From Armatimonadota bacterium (GTDB taxonomy: Bacteria > Armatimonadota > Zipacnadia > Zipacnadales > UBA5352): a DNA stretch of 50,123 bases. The notes below the pieces were generated by a model. It searched no databases. It had not been told where the DNA came from and saw only the letters and a program-made list of their open reading frames with translations. The DNA lies in the NCBI GenBank assembly GCA_034722055.1, contig JAYENL010000106.1, positions 36,871 to 86,993 of the forward strand. The letters are read 5' to 3'. This document shows positions 20,087-30,082 of the stretch, piece after piece; positions within the stretch are counted from its first letter, which is position 1; the number at the start of each line of letters is the position of its first letter. The translations under genes and the position numbers were made by a program.

Positions 20087-21442
20087 ATGCAGCGGGCAAC
20101 TGTCACGATGCTGGCGCTCATCTGGCCGTTGGCGGTGGCGCTCCCGCAGGATGGTGCGGAAACGATGCTCCCGGAGCTTTCGTTCGAGAACCGGCAGCAG
20201 GGCGAGCGCACGTTCTCCATGGCCATCATCTCCATCCCGGAGATGGACGATTTCCGGTGCGAGATCTGGTGCTACGAGATGGGCGAGGGCGTCGGCGAGG
20301 GTGCGATGCAGGAGGATGGGAGCCTGCTGATCGTCCATCACATGGGCGAGGTGGAGGTGCGCACTACGCTGACTCCTGAGCCGGGCGCGGTTCGCTTCCG
20401 GGTGGAGGCGACCGGTGAGGACTCGGAGGCTGTGGGGAGCTTCCGCAGCGTCAACCCATGCTGGCAGCTTCGGGAGAGCGACGCCTTCGGGAACCGCGGC
20501 GACTTCTTCGAGGACTTCGTGTCCCGCTGCTTCGTGTACACTGTGCGCGGCTTCACGCTCATGGGCGAGACGAACCGGTTCCCGGACACCCGCTGGGAGA
20601 GGTACGAGCAGGCTCCGGAGCGCAACGACCCACCCTGGGTGCAGGTCTACACGCCGATCTGGCGGCGCCATCCCGGCCAGCCGGAGCACTTCTGGGGCAG
20701 CAGCACCGACCGGCCCGTCCACTCCATCATCGGCTGCGTATCCCGCGACGAGAAATGGCTGACGGCCTTCGGATGGCCGAGATGCTCCGGGCTCTCGCAG
20801 GGCTGGCATGACTGCCTTCACGCCAACCCCGACTTCTCCCACTACTACGATGCAGAGACGAACACGGTGGCCTGCGAGGGGCGTCTGTACTTCATGCACA
20901 ACGACCCTGAGGCATTGCTGGAGCGTTACCTGGCGGACTTCCCGCCCCAGCCGGCGCCCATCACCGTCCAGGCCGTGGGGAATGAGCTGCATCTGTCTCC
21001 TCGCGAGGAGCCGGAGGTCGATTTCACGCTTAGCGTGCAGCTTGACTCCGTGGAGCCGACGTACTGGGGCGGATGGCGCGCGGAGAGCCGGCTGCGCGAC
21101 CTGCAGGTGATCTGGTGGGCCTATCCGGAGGGTAATGCGGTGCACGTGGTCGCCCGAGCCACGAACGAGGGCGATCAGCCGCAGGCGATGCCCGGTGGCG
21201 TGACGCGCCGCGTTGGCGAGCAGCGCGGCTGGGTCTGCGGGTCGGTGTGGGAGGGGATCGAGCGGGTGCCGCCCGGCGAGTCCGCGGCGATGCGCGGGCG
21301 GCTCCGCCTCATGCGGGGCACACCGGACGAGCTGCGGGACCTGCTGGCGGAGGACGCCGCGGAGTGGGAGCGCGCGGGGCCCTATGACATTCCAGGCAGA
21401 TCGCAGACGCAGCACGTGCTATCGGAGGGAGAGGCGCAATGA
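20087..21442 (+). CDS. Exported hypothetical protein
   Basis: GAGGTGAGG RBS, signal peptide, WHDCLHANP motif. Stop overlaps the next start (ATGA). Confidence 0.75.
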   Translation: MQRATVTMLALIWPLAVALPQDGAETMLPELSFENRQQGERTFSMAIISIPEMDDFRCEIWCYEMGEGVGEGAMQEDGSLLIVHHMGEVEVRTTLTPEPGAVRFRVEATGEDSEAVGSFRSVNPCWQLRESDAFGNRGDFFEDFVSRCFVYTVRGFTLMGETNRFPDTRWERYEQAPERNDPPWVQVYTPIWRRHPGQPEHFWGSSTDRPVHSIIGCVSRDEKWLTAFGWPRCSGLSQGWHDCLHANPDFSHYYDAETNTVACEGRLYFMHNDPEALLERYLADFPPQPAPITVQAVGNELHLSPREEPEVDFTLSVQLDSVEPTYWGGWRAESRLRDLQVIWWAYPEGNAVHVVARATNEGDQPQAMPGGVTRRVGEQRGWVCGSVWEGIERVPPGESAAMRGRLRLMRGTPDELRDLLAEDAAEWERAGPYDIPGRSQTQHVLSEGEAQ

Positions 21443-23313
21443 GAATCCTGGCGACGATCGGGATGGTGCTGATGACCGCACTCGCCGGAGCGGATGACGC
21501 GGATTTCATCGATCATGGCGTGGGTGCGCCCGTGGCCGAGAGTCGGGGCGTGATCGTGACCGAGGACGCCTCCGGCAGCGGCCTGCTGCTCGCCCTGACG
21601 AATGACCTCAGCCCACGGGGCTGGATCCTGCTGGTGAATCTGGATACGGGCGAGAGCGAGCAGTTCTACTACCCGGAGGGCGTCCCGAACTCCGCACCGT
21701 TCGCCTCACTGATGAGCGAGAACGGGCGCTTCTACACGGTTTTCGGGAAGACCTTCGTGGAGTTCGACCCGGTGGCGCGTGAGTGGCTTTTCCAGGGCGT
21801 GCCGCCGGAGGCCGGCGTGCACGTGACAGGCAGCGCCATGTGTGACGGGCCGGGCGGCCGGATCTTCGCAGGCATGCACCAGAACTGCCAGCTCATCAGC
21901 TACGATCCGGAGACGCAGGAGCTTCGCGCGCACGGTGAGCTCGACGACGCCGAGCACTACGTCAACACGCTGGTGGCCGACGACGCCGGCTGGCTCTACG
22001 CGGGCATCGGCACCGCGCGGCAGAATGTCGTCGCGCTCAACCCCGATACCGGTGAGCGAGTGCAGGTCCCAGACGAGGATCAGCGCGTTCACGGCAGCGG
22101 TCACGTCCACGTGGCTGCTGACGGCAACGTCTACGGGAGGGTCGGCGACACCTGGTGGCGGCTGCAGGGGGGCGAGGCGGAGGAGATCCCGGCCGACACG
22201 GTGCCCGCCGCTCAGCCCACCGGCGCCATCGGCTGGGGCCAGAAGACCGGCGAGCTGCCGGACGGACGCAAGGTCACGAAGTTCGTACTGCCTGACCGCT
22301 ACCTGGAGCTGACGCATCCGGACGGCGAGGTAGAGCGAATCACTTTCGACTACGAGTCCGAGGGCGCCAGCATCACCTCGGTGGCCACCGGACCCGACGG
22401 ACGCATCTATGCCTCGAGCTGCCACCCCATGCACCTGGTGCGGTACGATCCAGATGCGGAGGTGTTGACTGACCTCGGGGGGGTGCCGGCAATCGGTGGC
22501 GGGAACATGTGCGCGATGACCAGCGCAGGCGAGTACCTCTACGGCGCCGAGTACGCGGGCGGACGCGTCTGGCGGTACGATCCGGCGGCCCCCTGGCAGC
22601 CTGGGGCGGAGGAGCCGAATCCGGTGGCAATCGCGCAGTACAAGCGGGACCTCTGCCGCCCGCGCGCCTGCATCACGGACGCGACGGAACGCTGGGTGGC
22701 GGCCGGAGGGTTCGCGGGCTACGGGCTGTGCGGCGGGGGCCTGGCCGTCCACGACCGCGAGACGGACGAGACATCGCTTCTCACACACCAGGAGCTGATC
22801 CCGTACCAGAGCACCATCGCCATGGACTTCCTCCCCTCCGGCGATCTGGTCGGTGCCACCAGCATCCTCGCCCCCGGCGGCGGGCACGTTCAGGCCGAGG
22901 AGGCGGTGCTCTACATTCTCGACTGGGAGACGCGCCAGGTCAGCTTCCAGACGGTGCCGGTCCCCGGTGCGCGTCAGATCATCAGCGTCCAGGTCGGCTC
23001 CGACGGCCTGGTGTACGGCGTGGCGGAGGGCTCAACGCTGTTCGTCTTCGATCCCGAACGCCGCGAGATGGTGCACACCGAGGACCTCTCTGATTACGGC
23101 GGGACGCCGCGGCAGACGCTGCTGGCGGGGCCGGATGGCGCCATGTATGGCGCCTTCACGGCCTCAATCGTCCGCATCCAGCCACGGACATTCGAGCACG
23201 AGAAGCTCGCCGATGTTCCTCGCGGAATCTCGGCGGGCGGCGCCATCCACGGCGGGCGGCTCTACTACGCCTCCGGCTCGCACCTGTGGAGCTACGGGCT
23301 GCGGGCGGAGTAG
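21439..23313 (+). CDS. Exported beta-propeller repeat protein
   Basis: Signal peptide, then repeated blades (GPGGRIFAG, GPDGRIYA, LVRYDP, GSDGLVYG, GPDGAMYG). Confidence 0.8.
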   Translation: MRILATIGMVLMTALAGADDADFIDHGVGAPVAESRGVIVTEDASGSGLLLALTNDLSPRGWILLVNLDTGESEQFYYPEGVPNSAPFASLMSENGRFYTVFGKTFVEFDPVAREWLFQGVPPEAGVHVTGSAMCDGPGGRIFAGMHQNCQLISYDPETQELRAHGELDDAEHYVNTLVADDAGWLYAGIGTARQNVVALNPDTGERVQVPDEDQRVHGSGHVHVAADGNVYGRVGDTWWRLQGGEAEEIPADTVPAAQPTGAIGWGQKTGELPDGRKVTKFVLPDRYLELTHPDGEVERITFDYESEGASITSVATGPDGRIYASSCHPMHLVRYDPDAEVLTDLGGVPAIGGGNMCAMTSAGEYLYGAEYAGGRVWRYDPAAPWQPGAEEPNPVAIAQYKRDLCRPRACITDATERWVAAGGFAGYGLCGGGLAVHDRETDETSLLTHQELIPYQSTIAMDFLPSGDLVGATSILAPGGGHVQAEEAVLYILDWETRQVSFQTVPVPGARQIISVQVGSDGLVYGVAEGSTLFVFDPERREMVHTEDLSDYGGTPRQTLLAGPDGAMYGAFTASIVRIQPRTFEHEKLADVPRGISAGGAIHGGRLYYASGSHLWSYGLRAE

Positions 23314-23389
23314 GGGCATAGCCGCATGCAACACGCGCCGGGCGGCAGGCCAGCGCGCACGCACTGGAAGCCGGTCCTCTGCCTTGGTC

Positions 23390-23625
23390 CGTGGCACGGA
23401 CGTTCCCGCACAGATCTCTTGGGGTCTGAGGGAACTCCGCAACCTGGCTGGCCTGCCAGCCTCCGGACACTCCTGTCCATGCGGCATGTCGTGGTGCTTT
23501 ACTCCCAACGTGGAGGCCGCTCGTGGCCGTTGGAGGGGCCGCCTGAGCGCGCCGCACAGAGGCGCGCGAAGTCGGCCCGGAAGGGCGGCAGACGGCGTCG
23601 GGCTGGAAGCCCGACCTACGCGGGA
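23390..23625. repeat. REP-like palindromes between convergent genes
   Basis: The reverse complement of 23597-23620 is GTAG+GTCGGGCTTCCAGCCCGAC. GTTGGAGGGGCCGCCTGAGCGC unit related to 7602-7660. Confidence 0.7.
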
Positions 23626-23714
23626 GGAATCCGCAGCTCCGCAGGTGGGTTGACTTCGTGGAGCTTTGCGGACCTTCTCCGGGAGGCCGAACGCCCGCGG
23701 CTCGCGCACGGGCT

Positions 23715-26477
23715 CTACCGTCCCTCCAGCGCCCGGCGGGCGTCGCTGTCATCGGGGACGTGGAAGGGATCATCGGCCAGGCACAGCAGGTCCAAGCGTG
23801 GATTCGTCTCCAGCCCGCCACCCTCCCGCGCGTAAACCCGGAAGGTGAAGGGGCCCTCCTCCAGGCGCATGGTGATGGGCTGGCCGGGCGGCTCGCAGGC
23901 CGTGCCGAAGCCCCGTCCCGTCCAGTGCCAACGGTCGCCGGCCGCCCCACAGTTGCCCAGCACCTGCTCGCCCTGGAGCGTAACCTCCTCGCCCGGCCTG
24001 ACCAGCGCGAAGGAGTCATCCACGCCGCGCGGGTAGCGCACTCGCGCCCACAGCGTCCATGAGCCCTCGTGCGGGATGTCCACGGTGTACTGGGCGTACC
24101 ACTGCTGGGGCGTCTCCCGGCTCGGGCGGTCGGTGCATACCAGCACGTCACCGAAGGCCCCGGGCTCCTCCACGCCCACCTCAGAGCCGAGGGCCATCTC
24201 ACCCTCCAGCCGGCGAGCCCCCTCGGCTCGGACCACGATCAGCTCCGGCATGCGGACGGTCACCTGGGCCTCGGCCAGGGCCTCGCGCAGCCGGTCCGGG
24301 GTGACGCCCTCCGCCAGCAGCGTGCCTCGGAAGGCCCCGAAGGGCATCACCGCAGCGCCGCCCATGGTCGTGATCTCCCTGGGCTCGCCGGCGAAGTCCG
24401 TCAGCGTGAGCGCGTCGGGATCGAGGTCCACCCGCAGCCAGCCCGGCCGGCCCTTGCAGTGCCAGAGGGTGGCCGCGGACCCATCGCCATCCGCGCCCAC
24501 CAGCGCCCGCACCTCGCTCCCGCCGCCTACGCTCTCGACCGGCTGGACCTCCACGAAGCGGGGGCCGCCGGCCTCCTGCAGCATAGCGAAGTCGCGGCCC
24601 ATCTCAGCCAGGGGCGCCGTCACCTCCTCCGGCAGCGCCCGCTCCATGCGCAGGCTCTCGTAGCGTCGGAAGATCGCCAGGATCTCCGGCGTGAGAGGAT
24701 GCCGGTCCATGTGCGTGAACCCCGTCTGCAGCGACACAGGGGCGTCCAGGGCCAGCGACTTGCACATGAGATACTCCATCTCGTCAAGCTGCAGGCCGTC
24801 GTAGCGCCCGGTGGCCGGCCAGATGCCGAACCAGCCCAGCTCCGCTGGCATCATATCGTCCCGCAGGCTGAGCACCCGCCGCACCGAGCGGTCGATGTGC
24901 TCGCGGACCGTGGGCCAGTCCTCGATCTCGCGGCCGGCCGCGATGGCGCCGTGGAGCGTGTTGAGGTAGGTATCCACCGTCCCCGAGCGCGCGAAGGAGT
25001 GCCACAGGCGGTGCGTGAGGACCGTGCCCATGTGGATGATGGGGCGCTTGGTGAAGCGGCGCATGGCCTGGTGCTGGAAGTTGGTGGAGTAGTAGCTGAA
25101 GCGGCGGCGATCGACGTCCTCGCCACCGTCGAAATAGACCATGTCGAAGCCGCAGTAGTTGAAGATGTCGGAGATGCGGTCCGCCACCTCATCCATCAGG
25201 TCAGTCTCCTGATCGATGATGTAGCCGTTGATACAGCCGTCCACGCCGTAGTGCCGCACGCGGTCGCCGGCCTCATGCCCGGCGGCCGTGGTGCCCCACG
25301 CGCCGCGCTCGCAGCCCAGGAAGCTGTTCCAGACGCCCTCCGGGCCGATGGCCTCGTACCGGATGATCTCGTCGCCGATGATGCACTCCTGGTGCTTGTG
25401 CACGCCGCCCTCCCAGTACTCCCGGGAGGTCACCGGGCTGCCCGCCCACTCTCGCAGGTCGCCGGTGACGGTGATCTCGGTGGCGTCGGCGCTGATGTCC
25501 TCGGCCAGCTCATCCTCCATGTCCACCCAGAAGCGCCGGTCCGGGACCGGCGTGACGTAGGCGTCGGTCTTGGAGACCTTGGAGACGAAGCAGTGCATGC
25601 CCACCAGGATGCCGGCGGCGTGGAAGCGATCCACGACCGCTTTCAGGTCCTCCTTCCCGTTCGGGTAGGCGTCCCTGAAGGTGTAGTGCCCCACCGTCTC
25701 GCACCACGAGCCGGAGTTCATCATCACCTGGCGGATCCCCGCCCTGTGGCAGTACTCGATGACCCGGTCCACGCTGTCGGGGTGCACGCCCAGGAACCAG
25801 TAGCTGCCGCGCACCAGATCGGTGTCCTTGACCGGGGTCCCGGAGGCGTCCTGGTTGGTCGGCAGGCCCAGGGCGTTTGAGGCGTCGCGCGCGATGGTTC
25901 GGAACTGATCGGTGGGGCAGGCGATCACGGCCACGGCCGCACCCTCCAGGCTGGGCCCGGGATGATCCTGCGTGGCGGCCTGCAGAAGCGCGTGGTCCTT
26001 GCCCTTCGCGCCGCACCAGGTTTGCAGGTTGCCCGCCATCAGGCATACGGCGGTCTCGTCATCCCAGCCGATGTTAAGCAGCCGGCCCACCCGCTCGTTG
26101 ACCGCAACCGGCAGCCGCAGCAGCGTCACGCGCTGGGGCCGCGTGCCCTCCACGCGCTCCAGGCGCAGCACCAGCCAGTCGTCGGCGGGCTCGACGGCGT
26201 AATGCAGCACCGTGTCGGTTCCGGCGTACTCGATGGCGAGGCCATCTGCGGTCCGGCGCACCGCGCTGGCCCGGTGGGTCTCCTCGCCGACGCGCACGTC
26301 GCTGAGCGTCGCGTCATCCTCGCGGACACATTCCCGGCCGGACGCCCGCTCGATCAGCGATGCCGCGGTTGCGTCATCGGCAACGGTCAGTGTGGCCCGA
26401 GGCCACTTGAGGGTTACGTCGGCACAGACCGGAACTGCGAGGATGAGTACGAGGCCGATCGCGATCGGCCCGGTCAT
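23715..26477 (-). CDS. Large exported hypothetical protein (putative glycoside hydrolase TIM barrel plus C-terminal CBM-like domain)
   Basis: Signal peptide. LKAVVDRFHAAGILVGMH and GFDMVYFDGGE, then LWARVRYPRGVDDSF...LDLLCL. Start could be 26477-26486. Confidence 0.7.
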   Translation of the reverse strand: MTGPIAIGLVLILAVPVCADVTLKWPRATLTVADDATAASLIERASGRECVREDDATLSDVRVGEETHRASAVRRTADGLAIEYAGTDTVLHYAVEPADDWLVLRLERVEGTRPQRVTLLRLPVAVNERVGRLLNIGWDDETAVCLMAGNLQTWCGAKGKDHALLQAATQDHPGPSLEGAAVAVIACPTDQFRTIARDASNALGLPTNQDASGTPVKDTDLVRGSYWFLGVHPDSVDRVIEYCHRAGIRQVMMNSGSWCETVGHYTFRDAYPNGKEDLKAVVDRFHAAGILVGMHCFVSKVSKTDAYVTPVPDRRFWVDMEDELAEDISADATEITVTGDLREWAGSPVTSREYWEGGVHKHQECIIGDEIIRYEAIGPEGVWNSFLGCERGAWGTTAAGHEAGDRVRHYGVDGCINGYIIDQETDLMDEVADRISDIFNYCGFDMVYFDGGEDVDRRRFSYYSTNFQHQAMRRFTKRPIIHMGTVLTHRLWHSFARSGTVDTYLNTLHGAIAAGREIEDWPTVREHIDRSVRRVLSLRDDMMPAELGWFGIWPATGRYDGLQLDEMEYLMCKSLALDAPVSLQTGFTHMDRHPLTPEILAIFRRYESLRMERALPEEVTAPLAEMGRDFAMLQEAGGPRFVEVQPVESVGGGSEVRALVGADGDGSAATLWHCKGRPGWLRVDLDPDALTLTDFAGEPREITTMGGAAVMPFGAFRGTLLAEGVTPDRLREALAEAQVTVRMPELIVVRAEGARRLEGEMALGSEVGVEEPGAFGDVLVCTDRPSRETPQQWYAQYTVDIPHEGSWTLWARVRYPRGVDDSFALVRPGEEVTLQGEQVLGNCGAAGDRWHWTGRGFGTACEPPGQPITMRLEEGPFTFRVYAREGGGLETNPRLDLLCLADDPFHVPDDSDARRALEGR

Positions 26478-26511
26478 GACCATCATCTCCCATGAGGGGC
26501 TGGATGCTGGG

Positions 26512-27738
26512 TCACCGTGTGGCCTGCCGATAGATGTCCATGGGCGTCCAGACATCGGACGGTGTCTCATCAGTGCGATCATGGAGATAGAACAGGACGT
26601 ACTCCAGTGTCCCCGTGGCCGGGCTTTCGAAGCTCAGCGAAGTGCTGTCAGCCTGTTCCGAGGTGACGGTGATCGGCACCGTGTGGTACTGCCGGTCGAT
26701 GCTCGCGACCAGCCGCCACTTCCCGGGATAGAGCGGATGCCAGGCGCCACCGGGCTCGAAGGGCGACCCCACAATCTGTCGCGTGTAGGCGATACGCCAT
26801 TGCAACGTGACAGTCTCGCCCTCCGTGACCTGGCGGGCCACCCTTTGGTAATGCCAGTAGCCGATCCGCAGGACGCCGATGTACACAGGCTGTCCGGCGA
26901 AGAGGCAGAAGGGCGCGGTCCAGACCCGGTCGCAGTCCCCCTCGCCGACGCGGCTCCATCCGGCGTGCCACCCTCCAGGCGCGTTGCCTGCGTAGAAGCG
27001 CGTGCCGGGCCAGTTCAGCTGGATACCCTCGCGCGCCCCCCTGCACGTGAGCAGCCAGATCGTGTCGTCGTCCATGATGAGGTCAAGCAACATCTTCGCG
27101 TTCTCGGGCACGCGGCAGACATAATCATCCGGCCGCCGCAGGGAGTCGTCAACGAAGTCTGCGCCATCCTCGCCTGCCTCTGGTGCGACCACGAACCGGC
27201 TCTCGCCATGCATCCCCTGCTCGTCCGCCTGCGAGATGGGGACGATCTCCAGCCACGGCTTCCCGTCCCGGACGCGATAGCGCGTAACGACCGTGGTCTC
27301 GTGTCCCCCGCGGGTGTAGGTGATGGACGAGCTCTCCACCTCGATCTCTTCGGGCGTGTTGCTGATGATGCGACAGCTCTGAGAGCCGCCGCCGTAGTTG
27401 CGGAGGCCGTTGGGGGTGTCAAAGACCCGGTACAGCTCGTTGTGGCGTGACGGTGTGCTCTCGGCATCTGCCTTGGCGTAGAGAAACACGCTGTCATGCG
27501 GGCTGGAGTGAAGGAAGAGCCAGAAGGTGGAACCCTCCAGCAGGGGATCGCCGGCGAACTCGTGCTCCGACGTCCCGTACGGCACCTGCACCCAGTCCTC
27601 ACGGTCCTGCCACGCCGTCTCACGCATGGAGTAGAACTTCTCGGTGTAGTGGTGACCGGTGTCCCACAGCCGGACCTGGCACGCGCCGGGGCCCGCAAGT
27701 GCACACATTGCCAGCATAGCCATTGCGGCCGATCTCAT
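26512..27738 (-). CDS. Exported hypothetical protein
   Basis: AGGAGG RBS, signal-peptide-like MRSAAMAMLAMCALAG, operon position. Confidence 0.75.
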   Translation of the reverse strand: MRSAAMAMLAMCALAGPGACQVRLWDTGHHYTEKFYSMRETAWQDREDWVQVPYGTSEHEFAGDPLLEGSTFWLFLHSSPHDSVFLYAKADAESTPSRHNELYRVFDTPNGLRNYGGGSQSCRIISNTPEEIEVESSSITYTRGGHETTVVTRYRVRDGKPWLEIVPISQADEQGMHGESRFVVAPEAGEDGADFVDDSLRRPDDYVCRVPENAKMLLDLIMDDDTIWLLTCRGAREGIQLNWPGTRFYAGNAPGGWHAGWSRVGEGDCDRVWTAPFCLFAGQPVYIGVLRIGYWHYQRVARQVTEGETVTLQWRIAYTRQIVGSPFEPGGAWHPLYPGKWRLVASIDRQYHTVPITVTSEQADSTSLSFESPATGTLEYVLFYLHDRTDETPSDVWTPMDIYRQATR

Positions 27739-27749
27739 TGGCGGTCCTC

Positions 27750-30035
27750 CTAATCGGTTCCCTCCGGCTTCTCGGGCGCCAGCACCTGATACAGCTCCGG
27801 GCGGCGCTGGCGGAGGATGGTCTCGCGAAGGTCGTTCTCGACGCGCGGCAGCTCCGTCGGCTGGTACTGGGGCAGGTAGCCGTGGGGCTCGTGGGGCGAC
27901 CAGTCGCGCACGTAGCGGCGCGGGCGGTCGTTGTCGAGATCGACCACGGCGGTGACCAGCCCCGGGCGCATGTAGGCGGAGGCCGAGACGATGGCGCCTG
28001 TGGGGTCGGCGATGATCGACCGGTGGCGGGCCTCGCTGCAACTGTGCGTAGCCTCGACCAGGAAGGTTCCGGCGTCCATGATGCGGGCGAGGTCGCGCAT
28101 GTCGCGGTGCAGCGCGTCCGGACCCCAGCTCTGCGTCGGCACGCAGATGATGTCGGCGCCCTTGATGCCGTAGCAGCGGTCGATCTCCGGGTAGGCCTCA
28201 TCGGCGCAGATGTGCACGCCGATGCGGCCGAAGTCGGTCTCCAGAATCGGCGTGGCGGTGCCGCACTGCTGCAGGTCATAGGTGGAGACGATCTTCCGGT
28301 AGCGCCCCACCTCGTTGCCCTCGCGGTCGAACAGGATGCCCTCGTTGACCTCCTGGCGCTCGATCACTCCCGCGATCAGCACATACATGTCCCACCGGTC
28401 GGCCTTCTCGGCCACCAGGCGAAGGCGCCGGTGAGCCTCGTCCTCGGCGCTGTTCACGGCCTCGTCGCTCTCCTCACCGCCTCCGCGGATGGGAATCCAC
28501 ACGTACTCGTAGGTCACCACCAGGTCGGAGCGCATCTCGCCGGCCTCGTCGAGCTTCGCCAGCAGGTCCTCGAAGCCGATGTGATTCTCGATGGCCGTCA
28601 GGCGCACCCGGCGCTTGCCCCACTCCCGCGGCTGGGGCAGCGCCACCGGGTCGGTGATGGCCGAGAAGGCCGCCTTGCCCGACGCCCCGCGACCTGAACC
28701 TCGAAGCTGCCCCTTGGGGATAATTGCCGTCGCCACTCCGGCGCCCTTGCGGACCGTGCAGGCGATGCGCTGGCCCTCACGGTTGATGACCCATGAGCGG
28801 CCGATGGGCTGGCCGCGGTAGGGCGGGAACTTGTTCGTGATCCACCCCGGCCCTGCGCGGGCGTAGCGCGCGCAGGCGTAGAACAGGCGGTAGTCCAGGG
28901 CCCTCCCCCGCACAGGGAAGTCCTGCAGATGCTCGTCCTCCACCGGCTCCGGCTTCTGCGACCAGAAGATCATCCTGGCGCCCTTGGCGGCGTAGACGTG
29001 ATCGATGTCCGCGAAGCGACGGTCGGAGCCGATGCGCATGGCGATGGTGCCCAGGTCGGTGTCGAAGACCGGCAGATCGTCGCCGAGGTCCATGTCCTCG
29101 TCAGGCATCTTGTGCGACTTGCGATAGGTGCCGATGATCTGCCCGTCGCGCCCGCACAGGAAGCTGGTGACGTAGGTGCTCTCGCCATCGCGCTCGCGGA
29201 TGTTGCCGATGACGTACATGGAGTGCTCGCCGGCCCTGGCGGCGATGGCCTCGCTGATGGGGCCGGGGATGGGTTCGCCCTCGGTCTTCACACACTCCAT
29301 GGGCAGCAGGAGGATGTCGGCGCCATCCCAGGCGGCCTCATCGATGAGACGCTGCACCACCTGCAGCGTGCGGCCCTCGTCGCTCCACTCCTGCGTGGCG
29401 ACGCTCACACGCACCCGGGCCATCTCGCGCGCGAAGCGCTCCCGCTCGATCACCTCGCCAGTGCCCTCCGCGGCGGTGAAGACGAGATCGTCGATGACCA
29501 CGTCCGGGGGCTCCTCGCCGACACGCTGCACGGCGAAGATGATGCCGGTGATCAGGCCCGCGTGGGGGTCCTCATCGCCGCCGCGGCACCACTCCGCCAG
29601 CTCCTCCCAGGCGCTGTCAAGCGTCACCGTCTCCCACTCGCCGCTCCCGGAGCTGCGGGGGGCGTGGTAGATGAACCCGAAGGTGCCGATGCTTACCTTC
29701 AGGGCCACCGGCACGTTCCCGCGCACCCGGAAGGAGATGCTCTCCAGGCCCTCCACCAGCGGCATGGCCTCGGCCAGGTCGTACTGCCAGTAGCCCTGGC
29801 CCTTGCCGGTGTCCTCGCCCCAGGTGAAGTGCAGATGCGCGCCGGCGGAGCCATCGACGCCGATGCCCGCCTCCGCGCCGTTGGCCAGCACCTCGCCGGC
29901 CTGCTCCCCCCAGGAGTGTCGCAGCAGGTTCTCGGCGGGGCCGTCCTCGAAGTCCTCGTGGAAGATGACCTCCGCGTGCGCGGCGGCGCAGACGGACATC
30001 GCCACCAGCGCCGCCATGGTACCGTGAACATTCAT
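27750..30035 (-). CDS. Exported protein with an N-terminal CBM-like domain and two tandem carbon-nitrogen hydrolase domains
   Basis: Domain 1: LLPME, YRKSH, DLPVFDTDLGTIAMRIGSD. Domain 2: TYE, YRKI, ETDFGRIGVHICAD. Confidence 0.85.
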   Translation of the reverse strand: MNVHGTMAALVAMSVCAAAHAEVIFHEDFEDGPAENLLRHSWGEQAGEVLANGAEAGIGVDGSAGAHLHFTWGEDTGKGQGYWQYDLAEAMPLVEGLESISFRVRGNVPVALKVSIGTFGFIYHAPRSSGSGEWETVTLDSAWEELAEWCRGGDEDPHAGLITGIIFAVQRVGEEPPDVVIDDLVFTAAEGTGEVIERERFAREMARVRVSVATQEWSDEGRTLQVVQRLIDEAAWDGADILLLPMECVKTEGEPIPGPISEAIAARAGEHSMYVIGNIRERDGESTYVTSFLCGRDGQIIGTYRKSHKMPDEDMDLGDDLPVFDTDLGTIAMRIGSDRRFADIDHVYAAKGARMIFWSQKPEPVEDEHLQDFPVRGRALDYRLFYACARYARAGPGWITNKFPPYRGQPIGRSWVINREGQRIACTVRKGAGVATAIIPKGQLRGSGRGASGKAAFSAITDPVALPQPREWGKRRVRLTAIENHIGFEDLLAKLDEAGEMRSDLVVTYEYVWIPIRGGGEESDEAVNSAEDEAHRRLRLVAEKADRWDMYVLIAGVIERQEVNEGILFDREGNEVGRYRKIVSTYDLQQCGTATPILETDFGRIGVHICADEAYPEIDRCYGIKGADIICVPTQSWGPDALHRDMRDLARIMDAGTFLVEATHSCSEARHRSIIADPTGAIVSASAYMRPGLVTAVVDLDNDRPRRYVRDWSPHEPHGYLPQYQPTELPRVENDLRETILRQRRPELYQVLAPEKPEGTD

Positions 30036-30082
30036 CACTCGCACCTGCCTCAGATCGCAGGTTCCTCTGTGGCCCCGGCCCG

